Shown in pieces: positions 36,270 through 45,316 of a DNA stretch of 64,000 bases. The DNA comes from an uncultured Pseudomonadota bacterium (GTDB lineage Bacteria > Myxococcota_A > UBA796 > SXON01). Position 1 is the first letter of the stretch; each line of letters starts with the position of its first letter. Position numbers and translations under genes: made by a program. The notes beneath the pieces were generated by a model. That model was not told the DNA's origin, did not search any database, and saw only the letters and a list, made by a program, of their open reading frames with translations. The DNA is taken from positions 72,789 through 136,788 of the forward strand of contig CAISIK010000054.1 of NCBI GenBank assembly GCA_903885375.1. The letters are read 5' to 3'.

Positions 36270-36371
36270 CTTCGGGGAATCTACACGGGCACTCGACAGC
36301 GCGACGTACAGAAGGTTGCAAAAATAACGGCTCGGAGCGCAAGAGGCTCGCCCCGGAGCGACCTTGACCGC

Positions 36372-36842
36372 CTACTCTCCGGCCACGACGAATCGGTACC
36401 GCGGAAAGCCCGCCTGCGAGGCGCTCTCCAGCACCGCGCCAAGCACCTGCCACGGCACCCGCCTGTCGCACTCCACCGACACGGCTGGCGGCTCTGCCCC
36501 ATCCTTCGGAACGAGCGGTGAGAGGCTGGAGACCAACGCCGTGATGGCTCGTCCCTGCATGGCCACCGCCGCGTCCAGTTTGCCATCGCGGATCGCCGCT
36601 ACCGGCTTGCCGTTCACCACGATGTTCTCGGTCGTCACCGTGATGGTGGGCCCGCCCTGCGCCTTGGCTTGGACGTCGCCATTGGGCAGCTCCACCGGCG
36701 AGCTCCCGTCGTAGAGCGGGTCGTAGAACATCAGCAGGAACAACAGGACGAGGGTGAACATGTCCACCATCGAGGTGATGATGAGCCCGTGGGCCATCGT
36801 CGCCCGGCGGGGAGTGCGCCGACGACGAGCGGTCGAACTCAT
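36372..36842 (-). CDS. ExbD/TolR-family motor subunit (Asp-containing)
   Basis: The GLIITSMVDMFTLVLLFLLMF TM helix carries the conserved Asp. The gene overlaps the upstream gene by 4 nt. Confidence 0.8.
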   Translation of the reverse strand: MSSTARRRRTPRRATMAHGLIITSMVDMFTLVLLFLLMFYDPLYDGSSPVELPNGDVQAKAQGGPTITVTTENIVVNGKPVAAIRDGKLDAAVAMQGRAITALVSSLSPLVPKDGAEPPAVSVECDRRVPWQVLGAVLESASQAGFPRYRFVVAGE

Positions 36843-37354
36843 GGCCCACCGGTCGGCGCGGGCCGCGCGTCGGCGCCGTCGACCAGGACAGGTTCGGGGA
36901 ACAGGGGCTTCCGCACCCCGGAGCTACCCGTCTCGGTGACTGCGTCGAAGACCCCGATGATCGTCTGGTACGGGATGCCGGCGTCCGGCGCGACCACCAC
37001 CTGCCGCACGTTCGGGTAGCGGGCGTGCGCGCTCACCATCAGCACGTTCAAGGCTTCGTAGTCGTAGTTCTCCGGGGCGCAGGGCGCGACGCAGGGCACC
37101 GTGCTCTCGCCGGCGTCGCCGCCGCGGACCTCGAATCCGGTGGCGAGGATCCGCACCACTACCCGCTCCTTGTCCTGCTCGTCGGCCAGCTGCTGGCTCG
37201 GCGCCTCCTCCGCGACGAGGGGCGGCGAATCAAGCCGGTGCTCATGCAGGGTCACGAATCGCACCGCAATCAGCGCGATGGGGATGATGTGCACGATGGT
37301 GGACAGGACCGGCGTGAGGTCGAGCTCGGCGCCCACGGGGTTGCGAGCGCGCAC
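36839..37354 (-). CDS. ExbD/TolR-family motor subunit with Ser in place of the conserved TM Asp
   Basis: ELDLTPVLSTIVHIIPIALIAV aligns with E/D-I-N-x-T/V-P-x-x-D-V of TolR/ExbD, but Ser-18 occupies the Asp position. The periplasmic part VVVAPDAGIPYQTIIGVFDAV is ExbD-like. Confidence 0.75.
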   Translation of the reverse strand: MRARNPVGAELDLTPVLSTIVHIIPIALIAVRFVTLHEHRLDSPPLVAEEAPSQQLADEQDKERVVVRILATGFEVRGGDAGESTVPCVAPCAPENYDYEALNVLMVSAHARYPNVRQVVVAPDAGIPYQTIIGVFDAVTETGSSGVRKPLFPEPVLVDGADARPAPTGGP

Positions 37355-37356
37355 GG

Positions 37357-38031
37357 CTACCGCCCGGGGAACGGCAATACAGGAGGAGACTCGGTCGCCT
37401 CGCTTCCCCCGCGAAGCGCATTGAGCAGGTTGATGATCTTCAGCCCGTAGTGGTCGATCTCATCCAGGATGCCGTTGGCCTGGGCCGCGATGAGCCCGTG
37501 GGCCACAAGCGTGGGGATCGAGACGAGCAGGCCGAAGAACGTGGCGTACATCGCGACGGCGATGCCGCTGGAGAGGAGCTCGCCGCGCCCCTGGGCATCG
37601 GCCATGCCCACCGCGTCGAAGGCCATGATGAGGCCGTGGATGGTGCCCAGCAGGCCGATCAGGGTGGAGACGTTGGCGATCATCGGCAGGTACGCGAGGC
37701 GACGGTTCACCTGCGGGCCCACCTCCAGCGTGGCCTCCTCCACCGCATCACGGAGCTCCGATTCCGACCGGTCGTGCCGCAAGAGCGCCGCCTTCACCAC
37801 CCGCGGCAACGCCGCCGCCGGCTCCGCGTTGCAGAGTCGGAGCGCGCCTTCCACATCCCCATCCAGGAGGAGGCGTTGCACCTGCCCCATGAAGTTGGGG
37901 CCGTGGATGTTCGCGCGGAAGTAGACGTAGAGCACGCGGTCGAGCGTGACGCCCAGCGCCGTGAAGGCGCACAGGAGGATGGGGTACATGAACACCCCAC
38001 CCTTCGAAAAACCGTCGATGAAGAACTGCAA
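37357..38031 (-). CDS. MotA/TolQ/ExbB proton-channel protein (AglR/TolQ-like)
   Basis: MIANVSTLIGLLGTIHGLIMAF...GIAVAMYATFFGLLVSIPTLVAH is the MotA_ExbB signature. Confidence 0.85.
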   Translation of the reverse strand: MQFFIDGFSKGGVFMYPILLCAFTALGVTLDRVLYVYFRANIHGPNFMGQVQRLLLDGDVEGALRLCNAEPAAALPRVVKAALLRHDRSESELRDAVEEATLEVGPQVNRRLAYLPMIANVSTLIGLLGTIHGLIMAFDAVGMADAQGRGELLSSGIAVAMYATFFGLLVSIPTLVAHGLIAAQANGILDEIDHYGLKIINLLNALRGGSEATESPPVLPFPGR

Positions 38032-38038
38032 GGGCGAC

Positions 38039-38239
38039 TCAGAACGGCTTGGCTTTGACGCTCGCCACGACCTTGGGGAGGAAGCTCTGCCTCAACTCCA
38101 GATCGTACTTGGGCGTGAGGTGCTGCTTGTTCATGATGATCGCGACCTCGGGCTTCGGGATCTTCACGTTCTTCACGTCGCTCTCGCCGCGAACGCCCGC
38201 GAAAGCAGATTGCGCCAGAAACAGGACGAGCATCATCAC
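38039..38239 (-). CDS. 66-aa secreted peptide (GltF-like by position and size only)
   Basis: Signal peptide MMMLVLFLAQSAFAG. Its start overlaps the stop of the upstream TPR lipoprotein gene by 4 nt. It lies 7 nt upstream of the TolQ-like gene. Confidence 0.5.
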   Translation of the reverse strand: MMMLVLFLAQSAFAGVRGESDVKNVKIPKPEVAIIMNKQHLTPKYDLELRQSFLPKVVASVKAKPF

Positions 38240-39714
38240 TGACCTCCCCAGGGTGAGTCGGGTGAACCCTCAGCGGGCGCCGGTTGTTCCGGCGAAGGCG
38301 GCACGGACGTGGGTGTTTCGGGGGCCGGCGCCCCCCAGGGCGACGGCGCGGGTGCGGGTGCCGGCTCCACCGGGGGGGCGGGCGAAGGCTCCACCGTTCC
38401 GGAAGGCGGGGGCTCGATCGGCGGCGCGGGCTCCGGCGGTGCGGGCTCCGGCGGAGCTTCCGCGGCCCTTTCTGCCGCTTCACGCTCCTTGCGAGCCGCC
38501 TCATCACGCCGCTGCTGGCGGAGGGCTTTCTCCTTGTCCTTCGTGAGCGACACCACCCAAGCGTCCAGTTCGGCGGGGGGGCCGCCACCGGCCCGGCGGT
38601 AGGCCTCCACCTCGGCTACGGCGGTGTCCCATGCCTTCAGGTGGTCGCCATAGACGACAGCCAGGTTGCGGTGCGGCTCCGCGCCGGAGGGCTCGAGCTT
38701 GAGCGCCTGCTCGTAGCACTTGATCGCGTCCTCGAACCGCCCCTGCCCCCGGTACGCTACGCCGAGCGTGAGACGCGGGCCTGCCTGGGTGGGGTAGAGG
38801 CGGACCTGCCGCTCCAGCAGCGGAACGGCGTCGGCGTAGTTCCGGTTGTCGAGGTAGTACCCGCTCAGGAACTGCAGGGCGACGGGCTGGTTCGGGTCGA
38901 GCTCCAGCGCCTTGCGGAACGCATCGAGCGCATCGCCGGAATAGCCGGTGCGAAGGTAGATCTGCCCGAAGTTCGCCTGGAGTTCGGCATTGCGCTCGGC
39001 CCCCTGAACCACTTCGAGCGCCTTGAGCGACATGAAGCGTGCCATGTCCAGCTGGTCGGTGGCCAGGTACACCGAGGCGAGCGAGTTGTAGATGCCGATG
39101 GCGCGGCTGTCGACGAGCAGGGCGGCCTTGGCTTCGGCCACCGCGTCGGGGTAGCGCTTCAGGGCCCGTTGGGCTTCGATTGCGGCGATACGAAGGGAGA
39201 CATTCTTCGGCGCCTGACGGATTCCCGCCTGGTAGCTGGCCAGCGCCGCCTCCATCTGCCCGCGCTGGGCGGACAGGGCACCGAGGTTCAGCCAGGCCTT
39301 CGCGAACGTGGGATCGATCTCGGTCGCCCGCAGCCACGCCCGGCGCGCCTCAGTGTCGTCCTGGAGGATGTGCTGGGCCACCCCGATGTTGTAGGGGATC
39401 TCCACCACGTCGGGGTACTGGGCCGTGAGGGGCTTGAGCAGGTCGAGTGCTGCGCGGGCGCGGCCTTCATCCCCCGTGGTCAGCATCGAAACCGCGTCGT
39501 CGAGCCCAGGCACGGAGGCTTCCGACGCGGGCGCAGTGGCGGCAGGATCGCCTCCCCACACGGGCTCGGCGGGCACCGCAGGCTCGGTCGTGGCGGCAGG
39601 GGCCGACGGGGCGGGCGGGGGTGCAACCTCGACGGGCACGGGTTCGGGCACCGGCGGCGCGGGCGCAACGACCTTGGGCCCGCAAGCGAGCGCGAGCAGC
39701 AGGATGATGCTCAC
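38236..39714 (-). CDS. TPR-repeat lipoprotein with a Pro-rich C-terminal tail (GltE/AglT-like architecture)
   Basis: Track ORF trimmed to GTG at 39714. A GGGAGG sits 6 nt upstream of it, and it overlaps the upstream stop (GTGA). Lipobox LLLALACG. Multiple TPRs (YNIGVAQH, AWLNLGALSAQRGQMEAALASYQ, ...). Tail is PPEPAPPEPAPPIEPPPSG... Confidence 0.75.
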   Translation of the reverse strand: MSIILLLALACGPKVVAPAPPVPEPVPVEVAPPPAPSAPAATTEPAVPAEPVWGGDPAATAPASEASVPGLDDAVSMLTTGDEGRARAALDLLKPLTAQYPDVVEIPYNIGVAQHILQDDTEARRAWLRATEIDPTFAKAWLNLGALSAQRGQMEAALASYQAGIRQAPKNVSLRIAAIEAQRALKRYPDAVAEAKAALLVDSRAIGIYNSLASVYLATDQLDMARFMSLKALEVVQGAERNAELQANFGQIYLRTGYSGDALDAFRKALELDPNQPVALQFLSGYYLDNRNYADAVPLLERQVRLYPTQAGPRLTLGVAYRGQGRFEDAIKCYEQALKLEPSGAEPHRNLAVVYGDHLKAWDTAVAEVEAYRRAGGGPPAELDAWVVSLTKDKEKALRQQRRDEAARKEREAAERAAEAPPEPAPPEPAPPIEPPPSGTVEPSPAPPVEPAPAPAPSPWGAPAPETPTSVPPSPEQPAPAEGSPDSPWGGQ

Positions 39715-42700
39715 TGGGAACCTCCCGACTTCGGCACCGAAGCGGCGCCCTGGAATTCCACGCTCACGCCGGTCGACCCGCCGCGCGCCTCGGTACGCTC
39801 GCCGGCGTACTCCAACGGGAACCGGTCGTGCAGGAGCTGCAACGCCTTGCCGTTCCACTCGCTCCAGCGCTTGTCCACGCGCGCCTTCTCGAGCGAACCG
39901 AGCAGTCGCGCCTTGCCGGTATCTTCAGCACGAAGCCGGATCGGGCTGAATCGGGCGTCCAACTCCTCCTGGAAGATGGCCTTCTCCTCCTCGGAGAACC
40001 CCGGCGGCACCGGGAACGTGTAGACCAGGTCGGCGTAGGCGAAGTACGCGGCGCCCTGCACATACAGCGCCGCCGCGGCCGCATCGTAGTCCTGGTAGGT
40101 CTGGATGAGCGCGAGGCAGTCATCGACGAGGAGGCGAAGCGCCTCGGGCTTCTGCTTCAAGAGCAGGTCGACGTTGGCCTTCTCGCTCGTGCTCCACTTG
40201 TAGGCCTTGAAGGCCTCAAGCTTCGCGATGAGCTCGCGAACGGGCTCCTCGGCCACCAACTTGCGGGCGTCGGAGCTGACCCCGGTGCCCACGTTGGCCC
40301 GGAAGGTGGCATCCATCTCGGCCGCCTTCTGGCGCGCCTTCACCTTCTCGCCCTTGGCCGCGTAGAGCTTGGCGAGCTTGGACTGCGCGATGATGGTGTG
40401 GCTCGGGTTGAGCGCCGCGAAGGGCTGGCGCAGGTATCGCTCGTAGAAGGCGGTCGCCTCGCGCGGACCCACCAGCTCCCACTGCTCGCCCGCCATCCAG
40501 TAGATGCGCTCGGCATCCGGCACGTTCGGGAGGTTGGCGTACTCCTCGTAGTTCTGCGCCGCTTCCTTGTGTAGGCCCATGCCGGTGCGGAGGAACGCCG
40601 AGTTGTAGCGAGCCGCAGGCGCATCGGGGTGGTCGGGCGCCAACTTCACGAGCTTGTCGAAGTAGCCGACCGACTTGTCGAGCTCGAGGATCGAGCTGTA
40701 GCCCGAGGCGATCCGGAAGTACAACGCCTTGGACCGTTCGTCGGTCGGGTAGTCGTTGATGTACTGCTCGAAGAGGGTGTTCGCGCGCGCCGTCTGGCCC
40801 GCCATGTCGAGCTGGTTCGCCTCGTTGTACAGCGCCACGTTCAGGTACTTCGACGTGGGCCACTGCTTGCGGAACTCGGCGTAGCAGGCCGCGGAATCCG
40901 CGTACTTCTGCGACGTGCTGAGATCGAGACAGCGCTGCAGGTTGGCCTGCTGGGCCACCTCCTCGCGGCTGAACTCCCGAGCGGTCTCCTCCACCTTGGC
41001 GATGTCGCCTTCGTTGGTGTAGCTCTGGATGAGGAGGTCGATGGCGAACGCCGTTTCGGGCGCTCCGGGGTAGCGGGCGATCTGCTTGCGGAACCGCTTC
41101 CGCGCATCCTCGTAGTAGCCGTGGTTGTATGAAATCAGGCCGCCGAGGTACGCCATGGCCGGGCGGATGCGCTCGAGCACGGGAATCCAGTCGGGGTCGG
41201 TGAACTCGCGCTCGGCGAGATCGTCGGAGGCCAGGACGAAGGACTTCTGCTCGTCGGAAACGATGTACTGGACGATCTGCTTGCCGGCCGGGGTGGTGAC
41301 CGTGGTGGCCACGAGCGCGCCCTGCGGCACATCCTCCAGCTTGCCGTACTTCGCGAGCGCGATGGCCTCGCGAGACTTCATGAGCTGGAAGAGCGCCCCA
41401 TCCTTGTACTTGCTGCGCGGGTTCTTCAGGACCTGCTGGTACTGGCGGGCCGCCTCCGCGAATTCCTTGCCTTCGTAATAGCAGAGGGCGAGGTACCACT
41501 CGTAGAGGTCGTAATCCGCCGCGAAGGGGTACTTCTGGAGGAAGCTGCGGAAGGTCTCCGCGGCGTCGCGGTAGTCGGCGGGGTTCCGGGTCTCGCGCGC
41601 ACGCAGGAGCTTCTCGGTGGCGATGGTGGCGAGCGAGGACTCGATGAAGCCCCGCGCCGCGGCGATCGCGTCCGGGTTGTTCCGGTTCGCGGCGTACCAG
41701 TTCGTCCCTTCGGTGTAGTTCTGGCCCAGCTCCGTGAGCGCGGCCGCCGCCGACTCCGGATCCCGCACGGGCATCCTGGCGCCGTAGATGAGCGCGATGT
41801 CATGCTGGTAGATCGGGTTGGTCGGATCGAGCGGCCAGCGCTTCTGGAGGAAGCGGTACACGTCGATCGCTTCTTCGTACTTCGTCTGCGTTTCGAGGAT
41901 CTTCGCGAGCCGCTCGATGACGTCGTGCTGCCACTTCTTCTCGCCAATTCGGGCGAGGTGGGCCGAGGCGACGGCGATGGGCTTCTTGTTCTGTTTGTCC
42001 GCCATGTCGGCGTAGGAGATGGCCAGATACTCGACGGCTTCCTTGCGGGTGTCGGCCACCTGCCCGGTCAGCTCGTAGCGCGTGTCGGAGTAGTCGAGCA
42101 GCTCGACGAGGTAGGCCAGCGCCCGATCGTAATCATCGAGCTTGTAGTACGACCAACCCAGCTTGTAGATGGCGCGGTCGTAGTTGCGGCCGCTGGTGCC
42201 ATCCGCCAGCACGGCGTTGTAGTAAGTGATGGCCTGACGAACGTTCGCGAGCGGGTCGGTGCGCGCCGCGAGCAGCTCGAAGTAGTACTCGCCGAGGCGC
42301 ATGTTGGCGTCGTTGGCGAACACGGACTTCGGGTACTTCGTGACGATCGCGACGTACGCATCGCGAGCGGCCACTTCGTCGTACTGGAGCCCGTTCGCCG
42401 ACCCGCGGCACCAGCCCAGCATGTAGTAGGCGTCGGGCCGAAACTCGAAGTCGGGGTAATGCGCGAGGATGTCCTCGTAGAGCGCGATCGAGCGGCGGTA
42501 GTCCTTCTTGGGCTCGAGCTCGGGCGCGGGGTCTTCCACCGCGTCGTAGGCCTCGTTCCGGGCCATGAACTCCACTTCCGACTCATCGTAGTAGAGGTCG
42601 GCCAGCCGGAACTTCATGTCGGCGGCGTACTGCGTGTCCGGGTAACGCTGGAGGAAAGCCTCGATCTTGGCGATGCTCACCCGGCGGAGGGTGGACCCCT

Positions 42701-42950
42701 CCTCCTGGTTGCGGGACACCGCCGCGCCGAAGGTGGATTCGATGCGCTCGCGCTCCTCGGACTCCGTCACGTCCACGATGTGGCTGACGTCGGCGTGGAA
42801 CTCACGCATGCGGCTCGTGTAGCGCTCGGCCGTGTCGCGGAACACACGAAGCTCGGCCTCGTCTGGCTGGGCGAACGCCGCGCCCGGCACCGCAAGCACC
42901 AGGGCAAGGAGCGGAGCGCGGACAGACCCGCGTGTGGACATCCCGCTCAT
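39711..42950 (-). CDS. Large (1079 aa) secreted all-TPR protein (GltD/AgmU-like architecture)
   Basis: Track ORF trimmed to Met-126, whose ATG overlaps the upstream stop (ATGA). Signal peptide MSGMSTRGSVRAPLLALVLAVPGAAFA. TPR-like helical repeats run through the whole length. Confidence 0.75.
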   Translation of the reverse strand: MSGMSTRGSVRAPLLALVLAVPGAAFAQPDEAELRVFRDTAERYTSRMREFHADVSHIVDVTESEERERIESTFGAAVSRNQEEGSTLRRVSIAKIEAFLQRYPDTQYAADMKFRLADLYYDESEVEFMARNEAYDAVEDPAPELEPKKDYRRSIALYEDILAHYPDFEFRPDAYYMLGWCRGSANGLQYDEVAARDAYVAIVTKYPKSVFANDANMRLGEYYFELLAARTDPLANVRQAITYYNAVLADGTSGRNYDRAIYKLGWSYYKLDDYDRALAYLVELLDYSDTRYELTGQVADTRKEAVEYLAISYADMADKQNKKPIAVASAHLARIGEKKWQHDVIERLAKILETQTKYEEAIDVYRFLQKRWPLDPTNPIYQHDIALIYGARMPVRDPESAAAALTELGQNYTEGTNWYAANRNNPDAIAAARGFIESSLATIATEKLLRARETRNPADYRDAAETFRSFLQKYPFAADYDLYEWYLALCYYEGKEFAEAARQYQQVLKNPRSKYKDGALFQLMKSREAIALAKYGKLEDVPQGALVATTVTTPAGKQIVQYIVSDEQKSFVLASDDLAEREFTDPDWIPVLERIRPAMAYLGGLISYNHGYYEDARKRFRKQIARYPGAPETAFAIDLLIQSYTNEGDIAKVEETAREFSREEVAQQANLQRCLDLSTSQKYADSAACYAEFRKQWPTSKYLNVALYNEANQLDMAGQTARANTLFEQYINDYPTDERSKALYFRIASGYSSILELDKSVGYFDKLVKLAPDHPDAPAARYNSAFLRTGMGLHKEAAQNYEEYANLPNVPDAERIYWMAGEQWELVGPREATAFYERYLRQPFAALNPSHTIIAQSKLAKLYAAKGEKVKARQKAAEMDATFRANVGTGVSSDARKLVAEEPVRELIAKLEAFKAYKWSTSEKANVDLLLKQKPEALRLLVDDCLALIQTYQDYDAAAAALYVQGAAYFAYADLVYTFPVPPGFSEEEKAIFQEELDARFSPIRLRAEDTGKARLLGSLEKARVDKRWSEWNGKALQLLHDRFPLEYAGERTEARGGSTGVSVEFQGAASVPKSGGSQ

Positions 42951-45316
42951 TCCAGATTCTCCCGTACGACGCGGAACCGATCGTTCAGCGCACGAATCAT
43001 TGTCGACCGTTCTTCGACCAGCACGTCCTGCTCGTCGGTGTTCTCCATCCGCCGCAGCCAGTAGACATCGACAATGCCCTTCTCGGCATCGACGATGTCC
43101 GCCTCGAACTGCGCCTGCAAGCTGCGGAGCCCAGTGAGGACCGCACGCGTGGCCACCGACTCGGTGGCGACGAGGCTCGCATCGAGATCCCGGCGCAGCT
43201 CCACGACCTTCTGCGAGGTGGCAGCGAGCCGACGGCGCACCGCTTGCGTTTCGCGCGCCTCGCCGGCGGCAACCACCCGCGAGGCCTCGGCCGAGCTGGC
43301 CTCGAGGGCATCGAGCTGGGTCCACAAACGATCAACCTGCGCAAACAGCGCGGCGCTGTCGGTGTCCTGAACGGAACGACGGAACGCGGCCGTCCGCTCG
43401 CGGAGCCGTGTGTACGCCGAGATCGACGCGCCACGCGCCGAGCCATCTTCCACGATCGACGACGACTCCACCGAGCGGAGAACCCGCTTGCGGGTGACGT
43501 CGGACTGGGCCGAGCCGAGATCGCCCGTGGCCTGGGCGAGATCGGCCCGCGCGGCCTCCAGCTCCTTCCGCACGGCATCGAGCTCGGAGGGTGCGAGCTT
43601 GGAGGTCCCGGTGCTGATGACCTCGGCGAGACTCCGGCCCGACGCCGCCGCCTCGTCCGCGACCTGCTGGATGCGGAACGCGCGCTGCTGGACCTCGCGG
43701 ACCTGCGCCTCGTAGATCTGGACCCGATCGGTGATGGCGCCGACGGAGGTGTTCGAGGAGGCCGCGCTCTCGTCCATCGAGGCCACTTCCCGCGCGATCG
43801 CGGCGAGCTCGGCCTTGGCAGGGCCGCCGGACCGACCGCGGAGGTACTGGACCTCCGCCTCGATGAGCCGCCCGCGCATGGAGAGGGCGGAGCCCCGCAT
43901 CAGCGTGAGCTGGTTTCGGGCGGCCACGAACATGCCGAGCGTGTCCTTCTCCGAGGAAAGCGCCGCTTCGAGATCGGCCACATCCCGTTCGGCGCGCTCG
44001 AGCTCCTGCGCCTGGCGCGAGGTTTCGAGGTAGGCACCGAGCGCACGCTTCACGTCCTCGCCGCCGAGGAGCAGATCGACGGCGTGGGCCGGGAGACCCG
44101 AGGTGCCGCCGGTGTCGCCCATGCGCTCCACAAAGCGCCTCGCTTCGGTGGTGCCCTGCCCGAGCTCCTCGAGACGGGCCGCCACCGGCGTGTAGGCCGC
44201 GATGAGGTCTTCGTACGCGGTGCGCGCAGCGTCGAACTCCCGCAGCTTCATGTGCAGGTGACCGCGAACCAGCTTGACCCGCGCGGTGTAGCGGTGGTCC
44301 GGGAAGGCGATGAGGAAGTTGTCGACCTGACCGAGGGCATCCCGCCACCGCGAGGCCGCGTCGGCCTCCGCGAGCTCGGCTTCGCGGCTGCCCGGCTCTG
44401 CGGCCTCCATCACGCTCTCCGCGGCGGAACCCTGCTTGATGTAGGACCACACCGACTCGTACAACTTGTCGGCGAACTCGGGGGAGTTCTGGTCGACCTT
44501 GGCGTAGTAGCCGCTCGCCTGCGAGAACTCGCCGCTCTCGTAGTAGAGCCGCCCCAACGCGAGCAGCGACAGCTCGCGCACCCGCGCCTGCTCGGCATCG
44601 CCCACGGGGGCCGATTCGATCTTCGCGAATTCCGCGGTGGCCTGCTTGAGGTTGCCTTCGGTGATCATCAGCACGCCGAGCTGGTACCGGGCACGCGTGT
44701 ACCAGGCGCTCGTAGGCACGATCGAGTCGAACATGGACTTCGCGCGCGCAGTCTCCTGCCGGCGCGCAAAACCCTTCGCGAGCGTGTAGGTGACGAGATC
44801 GGTGACCTCCACCTTTCCGGACACGATGTAGGTCGTGTAGTAGGTGTTGAAGGCCTCGTCGTTGCGCAAGAGCGCGAAGACTTCGAGGCTGCGACGCACC
44901 GCATCCGCGAAGTAGGGGTGGGAATCGCCCTTGTCCACGATGCCGCGGTAGGCCTCCTCCGCGGTGCGGAGATTGCCGAGCTCGAACAGGCATTCGGCCA
45001 GGTACCACTCGGAGTCGCGGGCGAGGTCGGCGTTGCCGAGCGCGCGCGACTGCACAAGGATGTAGAAGCTGGTCGCAGCGCCTTCGAAGTCGCCCACGAG
45101 GAAGCCGTACACGGCATCCTCGTAGCGGCGCCGAGCCTCGGAAACGCCGATGAGACCGGAGCGCTCGGAGAAGTTCAGCCGCGTGTCATCTACTTCCGCG
45201 CTGATGGTGCCCAGCTCGGTTTCGAGCTCACGCACGCGCTCTCCGCCCGAACGATCCGCCGCCAGGGCGAACTCGGGCAAAAGAAGCAGAAGGAGGATCG
45301 AAGCCCTACTTGGCAT
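42947..45316 (-). CDS. Secreted protein with N-terminal TPR repeats and a long C-terminal coiled coil (GltC-like position)
   Basis: Signal peptide MPSRASILLLLLLPEFALA. TPR-like EWYLAECLFELGNLRTAEEAYRGIV and similar segments. The C-terminal ~350 aa are Ala/Glu/Arg-rich heptads. Confidence 0.7.
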   Translation of the reverse strand: MPSRASILLLLLLPEFALAADRSGGERVRELETELGTISAEVDDTRLNFSERSGLIGVSEARRRYEDAVYGFLVGDFEGAATSFYILVQSRALGNADLARDSEWYLAECLFELGNLRTAEEAYRGIVDKGDSHPYFADAVRRSLEVFALLRNDEAFNTYYTTYIVSGKVEVTDLVTYTLAKGFARRQETARAKSMFDSIVPTSAWYTRARYQLGVLMITEGNLKQATAEFAKIESAPVGDAEQARVRELSLLALGRLYYESGEFSQASGYYAKVDQNSPEFADKLYESVWSYIKQGSAAESVMEAAEPGSREAELAEADAASRWRDALGQVDNFLIAFPDHRYTARVKLVRGHLHMKLREFDAARTAYEDLIAAYTPVAARLEELGQGTTEARRFVERMGDTGGTSGLPAHAVDLLLGGEDVKRALGAYLETSRQAQELERAERDVADLEAALSSEKDTLGMFVAARNQLTLMRGSALSMRGRLIEAEVQYLRGRSGGPAKAELAAIAREVASMDESAASSNTSVGAITDRVQIYEAQVREVQQRAFRIQQVADEAAASGRSLAEVISTGTSKLAPSELDAVRKELEAARADLAQATGDLGSAQSDVTRKRVLRSVESSSIVEDGSARGASISAYTRLRERTAAFRRSVQDTDSAALFAQVDRLWTQLDALEASSAEASRVVAAGEARETQAVRRRLAATSQKVVELRRDLDASLVATESVATRAVLTGLRSLQAQFEADIVDAEKGIVDVYWLRRMENTDEQDVLVEERSTMIRALNDRFRVVRENLE

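Noticed and set aside
36372-38031. Interpretation of the TolQ-TolR-TolR block as the Tol-Pal system.
   Set aside because: No TolA, TolB beta-propeller, Pal/OmpA-like lipoprotein or CpoB follows. There are two TolR paralogues, and the flanking genes are large TPR proteins and a TonB_C-like FHA protein.
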